From a bacterium (lineage in GTDB: Bacteria; Patescibacteriota; Minisyncoccia; Phycocordibacterales; Phycocordibacteraceae): a DNA stretch of 64,000 bases. A program made the translations under genes and the position numbers. The stretch lies in assembly GCA_021849125.1 (NCBI GenBank), contig JAJZTG010000001.1, positions 18,392-82,391 on the forward strand. The letters are read 5' to 3'. This document shows positions 36,772 through 44,940 of the stretch, piece by piece; positions within the stretch are counted from its first letter, which is position 1; each line of letters starts with the position of its first letter. The notes under the pieces are model-generated. The model was given only the letters and a program-made list of their open reading frames with translations, did no database searches and had not been told where the DNA came from.

Positions 36772-38232
36772 ATGAACTGGTTCGGGCGCCTATTCGGCAA
36801 GAAAGATACGGACGACGAGACGCCTCGCATCGCGCACGTCTTCTTCACGAACACGCTTACCGAGCGTAAAGAGCTCTTCGTCCCGCAAAAGCCTGGCCTG
36901 GTACTCATGTATTCTTGCGGGCCGACCGTCTACGACCGCGCGCATATCGGCAATCTCCGTGCCTATGTGTTTTCCGATACGATCACACGCGTCCTTGAGG
37001 CAGCCGGCTACCGCGTACGCCGTGTCATCAACATCACCGATGTCGGGCACCTGGTTGGTGACGGTGACCGCGGCGAGGACAAGATCGCAGTCGGCGCAGC
37101 ACGCGAACATACCACGCCAGAAAAAATCGCTGCGCGGTATACGAAGCTCTTCCTCGAAGATATCCGCGACCTCGGCATCGACACTGACGAGATCACCTTC
37201 CCGCATGCGACCGAATACATACAGCAGCAAGTGGCCCTGGCGAAGACCTTGGAGGAGAAAGGGTTCGCGTATCGGCTTCCGGATGGCCTGTATTTCGACA
37301 CTGCGAAGTTCCCGGGCTATGGGAAGCTTGGTGGCGTTAGGGATGCACAGCTCGAAGCCGGTGCGCGCGTCGAAGTCGTAAAAGGTAAGCACCATCCTGC
37401 AGACTTCGTGCTCTGGCGTGGCGCAAAGCCAGGCGATCTCCAGCAGTGGGACAGCCCTTGGGGACGCGGCAACCCGGGCTGGCATATCGAATGCTCGGCG
37501 ATGTCCCGTTCCCTCCTGGGCCAAGAGCTCGATATCCATACGGGCGGCGAAGACCACATCGCCGTACATCACAACAACGAGATCGCGCAGTCCGAAGCGG
37601 CCAACGGACGCACCTTCGTACACTACTGGATGCACTGCGCCTTCCTCACCATGGAGGGACAAAAAGCATCGAAATCGATCGGCAATGTCGTCTACCTCTC
37701 CGACATAAAAGAACGCGACTTCCATCCGCTCACGCTTCGCTACTTCTTCCTGCAGGCGCACTATCGCACTCCCCTCTCCTTCTCGTGGGATGCGCTTGCC
37801 GCGGCAGCAAGCGCGCTTGAGCGCCTCTGGAAACTCGTAAGCGAAGTCGCAGAAGAGTCGAGACGGAAAACCGAACCATCCGAAGCGCTTGACCATTTCC
37901 TCGCGACTGTTCGGGATGACCTGTCGACCCCGCAAGCGCTCGGTATCCTCTGGGAGTCGCTGAAAAGCGAAGACTTCACGCCTGAAGAGAAGTGGGGCCT
38001 TATCGAAGCTGCCGATGCACACCTTGGGCTCTCCCTCATTGCGCCGCCGGTAATACAGGCGACTGTGCCCGAAGCGGACCTCCCCGACACGGTGCGCGAC
38101 GCGCTGAAAAAGCGCGAAGAAGCCCGCTCGGCAAAAGATTTTGCCGAAGCCGACCGCCTCCGCAATGAGATCGAACAAGCCGGCTACAAGGTAGGAGACC
38201 GCCCCGAGGGTCCTCTAGTGACCCGCGTCTAA
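36772..38232 (+). CDS. cysS: cysteinyl-tRNA synthetase
   Basis: MYSCGPTVYDRAHIGNLR (HIGH) and KASKSIGN (KMSKS). Confidence 0.92.
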   Translation: MNWFGRLFGKKDTDDETPRIAHVFFTNTLTERKELFVPQKPGLVLMYSCGPTVYDRAHIGNLRAYVFSDTITRVLEAAGYRVRRVINITDVGHLVGDGDRGEDKIAVGAAREHTTPEKIAARYTKLFLEDIRDLGIDTDEITFPHATEYIQQQVALAKTLEEKGFAYRLPDGLYFDTAKFPGYGKLGGVRDAQLEAGARVEVVKGKHHPADFVLWRGAKPGDLQQWDSPWGRGNPGWHIECSAMSRSLLGQELDIHTGGEDHIAVHHNNEIAQSEAANGRTFVHYWMHCAFLTMEGQKASKSIGNVVYLSDIKERDFHPLTLRYFFLQAHYRTPLSFSWDALAAAASALERLWKLVSEVAEESRRKTEPSEALDHFLATVRDDLSTPQALGILWESLKSEDFTPEEKWGLIEAADAHLGLSLIAPPVIQATVPEADLPDTVRDALKKREEARSAKDFAEADRLRNEIEQAGYKVGDRPEGPLVTRV

Positions 38233-38331
38233 CCCGAAAAGGCCGGTCTCCTGGCCGACCTGTTTTGCACAGGAAAACCACAGTTTTGGCACTTTCGGCA
38301 AGTTGCGCCCCTTGGGGTACAATGAGTCCTA

Positions 38332-39693
38332 ATGGCAACAGGCGTAGACCGTATCCCCCCTCAATCCCTCGAGTCCGAGCAGGCCCTCCTCGGCGCCCTC
38401 CTCCTCAAACCTGACGCGATCCATGACGTCTCCGATCTCATTCGTGCCGATTCCTTTTACGCTGAAAAACATCGCCTCATCTTTACCGCGATGCGTGAGC
38501 TTGCCGAACGCGGCGAACCGATCGATCTCGTCTCCCTCTCGCAGCGTCTCCAAGACCAGGGGCTCATCGAACGCGCGGGAGGCAGAAGCTATCTCGCTGA
38601 TCTGGTAAATTCGGCACCGGCTGCCGGCAACTTCTCCCATTACGCCGACCTCGTCTCTCGCAAGCATCTGATGCGCTCGCTCATCGATGCTGCAAGCACG
38701 ATCACGGAATCCGCCTACGACGACTCGCGCGAGACCATGGAGGTGCTCGATGAAGCGGAAAAAGCGGTGTACGCGATCGGTAACGCCTCGGTCGCGCATA
38801 AGTTCACGGCGATCGGCGACAAGGTGCACGAAGCGTGGGATCGTCTTGAAGCCCTTTCCAAGAAAGAAGACGGCATTCGCGGCGTCCCTTCGGGCTTCCC
38901 TTCTCTCGACAATCTGCTCTCAGGCTTTCATCCCTCCGATCTCGTGATCCTTGCCGCGCGCCCCTCGATGGGTAAGACTTCGCTCGCGCTTGATATCGCC
39001 CGTAATGCCGCCGTTCGCCATAATGTCCCGGTCGGCATCTTCTCGCTCGAGATGAGCTCCGAACAGCTCATCGACCGCATGCTCGCCGCCGAGTCTTTCG
39101 TGAACTCCTGGAAGCTCCGTACGGGCCAGGTGCGCGAGGAAGAAGACTTCGCCCGTATCCGTGATGCGCTCGAGACCCTTTCGAAGGCCCCTATCTATAT
39201 CGATGACAAGCCGGGCAACAATATCCTCGCGATGCGCGCCGTCGCACGCCGCTTGAAGCGCGAGCGCGGTATCGGCCTTATCGTCGTCGACTACCTGCAG
39301 CTCATGGCACCGACCAATACGAAAGCGTCTGACTCGGTGGTGCAGCAGGTGACCGAAATCTCCCGCTCCTTGAAAGGGCTCGCGCGCGAGCTTGAAGTGC
39401 CGGTTATCGCCCTCTCCCAGCTCTCGCGTGCAGTCGAGCAGCGCGGCGGCCGTCCCCGCCTTTCCGATCTGCGTGACTCGGGCTCCATCGAGCAGGATGC
39501 CGACGTCGTGATGTTCATCCACCGTGAAGACAAGCGGAACCCGGATAGCGATCGTCCGAACATCGCCGAGATCCTCATCGAGAAACATCGTAACGGCCCT
39601 ACCGGTTCCGCCGAACTCTACTTCGATGACAAGCGTTCTACCTTCCAGCCCATCGACACGCACGGCTACGGCGAACTTGCCGGGGAATTTTAA
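38332..39693 (+). CDS. dnaB: replicative DNA helicase DnaB (no intein)
   Basis: N-terminal SLESEQALLGALLL, Walker A AARPSMGKTSLAL, RecA-like C-domain; 453 aa. Confidence 0.93.
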   Translation: MATGVDRIPPQSLESEQALLGALLLKPDAIHDVSDLIRADSFYAEKHRLIFTAMRELAERGEPIDLVSLSQRLQDQGLIERAGGRSYLADLVNSAPAAGNFSHYADLVSRKHLMRSLIDAASTITESAYDDSRETMEVLDEAEKAVYAIGNASVAHKFTAIGDKVHEAWDRLEALSKKEDGIRGVPSGFPSLDNLLSGFHPSDLVILAARPSMGKTSLALDIARNAAVRHNVPVGIFSLEMSSEQLIDRMLAAESFVNSWKLRTGQVREEEDFARIRDALETLSKAPIYIDDKPGNNILAMRAVARRLKRERGIGLIVVDYLQLMAPTNTKASDSVVQQVTEISRSLKGLARELEVPVIALSQLSRAVEQRGGRPRLSDLRDSGSIEQDADVVMFIHREDKRNPDSDRPNIAEILIEKHRNGPTGSAELYFDDKRSTFQPIDTHGYGELAGEF

Positions 39694-39695
39694 AC

Positions 39696-40298
39696 ATGGA
39701 TTCCATCGACGAGCTCGCACGCGCTTTTGCCCGTTTCCCCGGCATCGGCCCGCGCCAGGCAAAACGTTTCGTCTACCATCTTCTTGCGATACCCGCTGCC
39801 GAGCGCGCAGCGCTCGCTGAACGCGTTACTGCGCTTAACGCGAACGTGCATCAGTGTCCCGCTTGCCTCCGTTTCCATACTCAGAATACGAAAGGAGTCT
39901 GCCGATACTGTTCCGATACGACGCGTGATGATGCGCTCCTCATGCTCGTCGAAAAAGATCAGGACCTCTCCGCCGTGGAGCGCGCTGGGACCTATAAGGG
40001 CCGTTATTTCGTCCTGGGCGGCGTACTGACGCTTTCAGGAAAAGGCGCGATCCGCGAAAAGGAACTCCTGAATACTCTTCAAGGACGTCTTGATAAGGGC
40101 CTTAAAGAGATCGTCCTCGCCCTTTCAGCGACCTCCGAAGGCGAACACACTGCCGACCATGTCCGCGAACTCCTTGCTCCGTATCGCGACCAGCTCACGA
40201 TCTCGCTCCTTGGCCGCGGCCTCGCGACCGGTTCCGAGCTCGAATATTCCGACGCCGAGACCTTGCGCGCGGCGCTTTCAAATCGTAAAGAAGCATGA
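39696..40298 (+). CDS. recR: recombination protein RecR
   Basis: FPGIGPRQAKRFVYHLL, C4 zinc finger CPACLRF..CRYC, Toprim domain. Confidence 0.9.
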   Translation: MDSIDELARAFARFPGIGPRQAKRFVYHLLAIPAAERAALAERVTALNANVHQCPACLRFHTQNTKGVCRYCSDTTRDDALLMLVEKDQDLSAVERAGTYKGRYFVLGGVLTLSGKGAIREKELLNTLQGRLDKGLKEIVLALSATSEGEHTADHVRELLAPYRDQLTISLLGRGLATGSELEYSDAETLRAALSNRKEA

Positions 40299-40301
40299 GC
40301 C

Positions 40302-40345
40302 AAAAACTAAAAACCGCTCTCGACGAGCGGCTTTTAGTTTTACTC
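40302..40345. terminator. bidirectional terminator aaaaccgctc tcgac gagcggctttt
   Basis: perfect stem with flanking A/T runs between convergent recR and helicase gene. Confidence 0.65.
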
Positions 40346-40349
40346 CCGT

Positions 40350-41672
40350 TTATCCCTCGATAAAGGTGAGCGCCTTGCCTTTGTGGATACCACGACCGGT
40401 ACGGCCGATACGGTGAACATAATCCTCGTAAGTCGACGGCAGGTCGTAGTTCACCACGTGCGAGACTTCCGGGATATCGAGACCGCGTGCCGCGACATCG
40501 GTAGCGACGAGCACCGTTACGCTTCCCCGCTTGAAAGCTTCAAGGGCGCGAAGGCGTGCGCCGTGCGTCTTATCGCCATGGATGGATTCCGCGTGGATGT
40601 GACGGCGCGAGAGGGCTTTCGAGAGCTTCTCCACGCCGTACTTGGTGCGGCCGAAGACGAGCACGCGACTGAAATCGCGGTCCTGGAGCATCTCTGCGAG
40701 CACCTCGAACTTGTCGGTGCCGCGCGGGACACGGACGACATCCTGATCGACATTCTTCGAGGTGTCGCGGGTGCGCACCGAGATGACCGTCGGGCTCTCG
40801 AGGAAATCGCCGATAAGGCCCTCGATCTCGCGGCTCATGGTCGCCGAGAAGAAGAGCGTATGACGCTCCTTGCGCATCTTAGCGAGGATGAAGCGCATGT
40901 CATCGATGAAGCCCATGTCGAGCATGCGATCTGCTTCGTCGAGCACGACCGTGCCGAAGGTCGAAAGGTTGAGTGCCTTGCGCTCCATGAGATCCTTCAA
41001 GCGTCCCGGAGTACCGATCACGAAGGTCGGGTTATGGCGGAGCGCCGCGATCTGCGGCGTGATGTTCGCGCCGCCGACAGCGACCATGCCGCTAAACCCG
41101 AGACCCTTAGCAAAACCAGCGAGCTCCTTCTCGATCTGTACGGCGAGCTCACGCGTCGGAGCCATGACGAGTACGCGCTCATCCTTCTGCTTCATCACCT
41201 TGTCGATGAGCGGAATGAGGAAAGCGGCCGTCTTGCCCGTACCAGTCTCCGCGAGACCGACGACATCCTGCCCGTGCAGCACGTGCGGGATCGCCTTGTC
41301 CTGGATCGGCGTCGGGAGCTCGTAGCCCTTTGCTACGATATTCGCCTTGAGGCGCGGATTGATGTCGAAATCGGTGAACTTATGCTCCGGTACGAAAACC
41401 GGTTCTTCGGTGGTGACCACCGCTCGATTCACGAACTTAGCGATTTCGGCTTCGGTCTGACCGAATGCGCCGACACCGCCCCTGCCGCGACCGCGTCCTC
41501 CTCGAGGACCGAAGTTACGGCCACCGCGTGCCGGTCGTCCGGCTGCGGCAAAATCGCTCGGCGAGAACGAGCGGCTTCGACTGCCACGGTGCGTTGAACC
41601 CTCACGCGAACCGCGCGAAGATTTATTGGCACCTGATGTGCCGCCCTGATGATTCCATCTCCCTATTTGCAT
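40350..41672 (-). CDS. DEAD-box ATP-dependent RNA helicase with Arg/Gly-rich N-terminal extension
   Basis: Q-motif, GKTAAF (motif I), VLDEADRMLDMGF (DEAD), SAT, HRIGRTGRG; first about 80 aa are R/G/S-rich (GRPARGGRNFGPRGGRGRGRGG). Confidence 0.88.
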   Translation of the reverse strand: MQIGRWNHQGGTSGANKSSRGSREGSTHRGSRSRSFSPSDFAAAGRPARGGRNFGPRGGRGRGRGGVGAFGQTEAEIAKFVNRAVVTTEEPVFVPEHKFTDFDINPRLKANIVAKGYELPTPIQDKAIPHVLHGQDVVGLAETGTGKTAAFLIPLIDKVMKQKDERVLVMAPTRELAVQIEKELAGFAKGLGFSGMVAVGGANITPQIAALRHNPTFVIGTPGRLKDLMERKALNLSTFGTVVLDEADRMLDMGFIDDMRFILAKMRKERHTLFFSATMSREIEGLIGDFLESPTVISVRTRDTSKNVDQDVVRVPRGTDKFEVLAEMLQDRDFSRVLVFGRTKYGVEKLSKALSRRHIHAESIHGDKTHGARLRALEAFKRGSVTVLVATDVAARGLDIPEVSHVVNYDLPSTYEDYVHRIGRTGRGIHKGKALTFIEG

Positions 41673-41751
41673 ATAATGTAAAAGCTACGCTTGATAAAAG
41701 CTTGAGATCAGCGAACGCGTATGAGAAAAGCGCTTTCGCGCTCGGGGTCGC

Positions 41752-42069
41752 TTAAGCGATCGAATCGATCGTGACCTTTACGAGCGGCTGGCGGTGGCCG
41801 ACGCGCTTGAAATAGCGGCTCTTCGGCTTGTACTTCACCACCTCGACTTTCGGAGCTTTCCCGACGAGAACGACGGTGCCTTTGACCTCTGCACCCTTGA
41901 TAGTAGGTGCACCGATGGTCGTGTCCGAGCCGTTGTCTACGAGTAGCACCTCGTCGAAGACAACCGTGTCGCCCTTCTGTACGTCGCCGGGGAGTTTCTC
42001 AATGGTAACGGTATCGCCCTTGGAGACGACATACTGCTTACCGCCGGTCTTGATTACGGCCACTTCCAT
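41752..42069 (-). CDS. rplU: 50S ribosomal protein L21
   Basis: MEVAVIKTGGKQYVVSKGDTVTIEKL...KYKPKSRYFKRVGHRQ canonical L21; not adjacent to rpmA. Confidence 0.9.
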   Translation of the reverse strand: MEVAVIKTGGKQYVVSKGDTVTIEKLPGDVQKGDTVVFDEVLLVDNGSDTTIGAPTIKGAEVKGTVVLVGKAPKVEVVKYKPKSRYFKRVGHRQPLVKVTIDSIA

Positions 42070-42098
42070 AGTTCCCACACTCTAGCATTTGGGCCCTA

Positions 42099-42130
42099 AA
42101 AAGACAAGGCCGCGCAAAGCGCGGCCTTGA
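42099..42130. terminator. terminator hairpin with core gccgcgcaaagcgcggc (copy 1)
   Basis: aaaagacaaggccgcgc aaa gcgcggccttg; the same core recurs at 42795-42820. Confidence 0.6.
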
Positions 42131-42141
42131 GGGCTAAAGGA

Positions 42142-42693
42142 TCAGTTTCGAACCGGAACAGGCACAAGTGCGCTTTCTCCGGCTGGTTTCAGCGCATCGT
42201 TGAGCCACCAAAGCGCCCTTTCATACCACTGGCGCATTTTACTCTTGTCTGGAGGACGGGGGATACACGCTGCGACATAGATATAGAGAATCATGATAGC
42301 TCCTTGTGCGGATATGCAGAATGATCCATCTAAACCCTCGCTGCCAAGAACCAAAAAGATGAAGAAAATGGACATATTGATAAGGACGGGTCCCTTCCGC
42401 TTTTCCGGATCAAGGAGTTTCTCGGGCTCGAGAGCACTCGACCCTTTCAAGAATTGCTCCTCTCTCTTTTCTAGTTGAAAAACGACAAGTGTACTTACGA
42501 ACGTCATATAGAGAGCGACCACGAAGTAAGCTACCGGTTCTCCTCCCACAACCACAAGAAGCCAGGATAAGATCATCTCAAAGATAATGAGCCATTTCTG
42601 CACCCAGAACTTTGTGAGTCCGGTCAACCACTGAAAGCGGTCAGTAAACTTCTGCGCCTTATTGAGCAAGAATGTGTCGATGTATGAGAGCAT
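42142..42693 (-). CDS. polytopic membrane protein, low-GC (hypothetical)
   Basis: AT-rich relative to flanks; 4 predicted TM helices; bracketed by two copies of the same terminator core. Confidence 0.45.
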   Translation of the reverse strand: MLSYIDTFLLNKAQKFTDRFQWLTGLTKFWVQKWLIIFEMILSWLLVVVGGEPVAYFVVALYMTFVSTLVVFQLEKREEQFLKGSSALEPEKLLDPEKRKGPVLINMSIFFIFLVLGSEGLDGSFCISAQGAIMILYIYVAACIPRPPDKSKMRQWYERALWWLNDALKPAGESALVPVPVRN

Positions 42694-42789
42694 GACCTGC
42701 CCCTTTCCAAAGTTCGTTAATCGGAAATCTAAAAGATAATATGCCGTTATTAAGCTAATTTGTCAAAATTTCCTTAGATCCTTGCCAAA

Positions 42790-42820
42790 AACAAAAGCCG
42801 CGCAAAGCGCGGCTTTTTTA
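42790..42820. terminator. terminator hairpin with core gccgcgcaaagcgcggc (copy 2)
   Basis: aaaagccgcgc aaa gcgcggctttttt. Confidence 0.6.
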
Positions 42821-42831
42821 ACAAAAGCGTC

Positions 42832-43035
42832 TTAACCGGTTGCCGTGTGCGGGATTGTCGCCCACAGGTGCCCCGCCAAAATAACAAAGATGATGAGGGT
42901 CACCGCATCTACCCTGATGAGGATATCGGAAAGCGATTTCCGTTTCTTCTCAGTGAGGCACGCACAAACCATGCCCACGATGGTAAGTAGAGCCATGAGC
43001 CCGAAAACGATGATTTCTATCAAACGCGCGTCCAT
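42832..43035 (-). CDS. small two-TM membrane protein (hypothetical)
   Basis: IEIIVFGLMALLTIVGMVCACL and VTLIIFVILAGHLWATI helices. Confidence 0.35.
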   Translation of the reverse strand: MDARLIEIIVFGLMALLTIVGMVCACLTEKKRKSLSDILIRVDAVTLIIFVILAGHLWATIPHTATG

Positions 43036-43100
43036 CCTGGTCTCCTTGTCATGAGCCTCAACAGGACCCTTCTGCGTATAGGAAACCCTGCCGTGGACGT

Positions 43101-44147
43101 TTAGTCAATAGCCGGCTTGTCGAGTAACTCCGGCTCAAAACCGATCTTGGTCTCGGCGATGCGGTAGACGTCCTTATCGATCTTGCCGAGCTCCTTGTAG
43201 GCGCTGTTGTAGTGAGAGACGGTCGTGCCGAGAGAGACGCCGAGCTTCCGATAGAACTCCTCGTACGCACCCAAGTGTTTGCCGAGCTCGCCCACGCGCT
43301 TCTGGATGTCTTCCGCTCGCTTCTCGATCTGCATCGCCTTCAGGCCCTGCATGACTGTCTGGAGGTACGCAAGGAACGAGGTCGGCGAGACGATGATGAC
43401 CTTGTACTTCCCTGCTGCCCGCTGGATGAGATTCTCTTCTTCTCCGCCACCGACCTGGTTCGTGAGGAGATCGTAGTAGATCGCTTCGCTCGGGATGAAC
43501 ATGAAGGCGAAGTCCATGGTCTTCTCCTCGGGACGGATATATTTTGCGGTCTCCTGGATACGCAGCTTCAGATCCGCGACGAACGCCTTCTCAAGCGAGG
43601 CACGCTCGGTCTCTGGCGCGTTCACGAGACGGTTATAGTTCTCAAGCGAGAACTTGGAGTCGATGGGGACGACCTTATCGCTCACGAAGACGGCTGCGTC
43701 GACAATCTCGCCATTATCGAAACCGTACTGCATCTGGTACATGCCGGGCGGGAGCACGTTCTTAAGCACCGTCTCGAGGTAGTACTCGCCAAGGATGCCG
43801 CGCTGCTTCGGATTCTTCAGGATGTCCTGCAAACCCTTGAGCTGCTCTGCAAAGCCTTGGGTCTGTCGGCCGATCTCCTTTACCGACGTGACTTCCTCGG
43901 TGATCTCCTTGATGAGGCGCGTGCTCTCGGAGAACTGACGGTGCGCGTGCTCCTGCATCGCTTTGGAAGACTCGGAGACGCGCGCGTCGAGCGTCCGCTC
44001 GAGGTTCTGGAGCTGCTGCTGAAGAAGGAGGATGCCACCGTCTTCTTTCGGGGTCTCTTCCTCGCGGCGGCGCAAGATAAAGTAGAGTCCGACGCCCTGG
44101 AGAAGCAGAAGCAAGAGTACGATAAGAGCGACCGTGAGAAGATTCAT
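43101..44147 (-). CDS. rmuC: DNA recombination protein RmuC
   Basis: N-terminal TM followed by a long coiled coil and the RmuC C-terminal nuclease-like region (FMFIPSEAIYYD, KVIIVSPTSFLAYL). Start is uncertain: MNLL at 44147 or MDGHM at 44180. Confidence 0.8.
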   Translation of the reverse strand: MNLLTVALIVLLLLLLQGVGLYFILRRREEETPKEDGGILLLQQQLQNLERTLDARVSESSKAMQEHAHRQFSESTRLIKEITEEVTSVKEIGRQTQGFAEQLKGLQDILKNPKQRGILGEYYLETVLKNVLPPGMYQMQYGFDNGEIVDAAVFVSDKVVPIDSKFSLENYNRLVNAPETERASLEKAFVADLKLRIQETAKYIRPEEKTMDFAFMFIPSEAIYYDLLTNQVGGGEEENLIQRAAGKYKVIIVSPTSFLAYLQTVMQGLKAMQIEKRAEDIQKRVGELGKHLGAYEEFYRKLGVSLGTTVSHYNSAYKELGKIDKDVYRIAETKIGFEPELLDKPAID

Positions 44148-44168
44148 GAGTGTAGTATACTGCACCAT

Positions 44169-44624
44169 ATGCCCATCCACGAAACCCTGAAGAAAGCCAT
44201 CCCTGACGCCATGCGTGCCAAGGACGAAGTGAAGCTCCGCACCCTCCGCTCGCTCGTAACCGCGATGACCAACGAAGTCGTAGCCAAGAAAAGGAAGCCC
44301 GATGAGTTTCTTACCGACGAGGAGGCACTCGCGGTCCTGAAGCGCGCCGCAAGCCAGCGCAAGGACTCGATCGAGCAGTTTGAGAAGGCTGGCCGCACCG
44401 ATCTAGCTGAACCGGAAAAAGCTGAGCTCGCCATCATCGAGACCTACCTCCCCGCCATGATGAGCCAGGAGGAAATCCTTCCAATCGCCAAGGCGAAAAT
44501 GGCCGAACTCGGCGTAACCAGTAAGTCTGAAGCGGGTAAATTTACCGGGATGCTCATGAAAGAGCTCAAAGGCAAGGCCGACGGCGCCGACGTGAAAGCC
44601 ATTGTGGATAGCTTGCTTTCTTAA
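44169..44624 (+). CDS. yqeY: GatB/YqeY domain-containing protein
   Basis: MPIHETLKKAIPDAMRAKDEVKLRTLRSLVTAMTNEVV...TYLPAMMSQEEI... typical YqeY. The long ORF-track entry 43212-44624 is antisense to rmuC except for this 3' portion. Confidence 0.8.
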   Translation: MPIHETLKKAIPDAMRAKDEVKLRTLRSLVTAMTNEVVAKKRKPDEFLTDEEALAVLKRAASQRKDSIEQFEKAGRTDLAEPEKAELAIIETYLPAMMSQEEILPIAKAKMAELGVTSKSEAGKFTGMLMKELKGKADGADVKAIVDSLLS

Positions 44625-44653
44625 ACGGAACAAGGTCTAATATATTACAGACT

Positions 44654-44905
44654 ATGAGTATGGAGGGTCCAAAAATGTCGGTAGATCCTAAGAAAGTAGC
44701 GATTGACGCGGAGTATCAAGCAGCCCTGGCGAAACTGAGCGCTACCCACGATCGAAAGATGGCTGAAGGTGCCGCTAACCAAAAAAAATCGACTGTCCTT
44801 GAAGACGCAAAGAAACCAGCACCGAAACTGTCTCGACAAGCAGTGGACGCTCGAGGACATGCAAGACATATAGAAATGAGCCAACCTCCCGGCGACAGAG
44901 ACTAG
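44654..44905 (+). CDS. small charged hypothetical protein
   Basis: Lys/Ala-rich and lower in GC. Possible internal start at about 44675 preceded by ggaggg. Followed by the bidirectional terminator aatggagc ttcacc ggctccattttt (44910-44940). Confidence 0.35.
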   Translation: MSMEGPKMSVDPKKVAIDAEYQAALAKLSATHDRKMAEGAANQKKSTVLEDAKKPAPKLSRQAVDARGHARHIEMSQPPGDRD

Positions 44906-44940
44906 AAAATAAATGGAGCTTCACCGGCTCCATTTTTCTT

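Noticed and set aside
42131-42190. T-loop-like gttcgaaac motif suggesting a tRNA near 42160
   Set aside because: No pairing T-stem or acceptor stem; it lies within the coding 3' end of the 42142-42693 gene.
43212-44624. 470-aa plus-strand ORF
   Set aside because: Its first about 320 codons are antisense to rmuC. Only the 3' part from ATG 44169 (the GatB/YqeY protein) is real.
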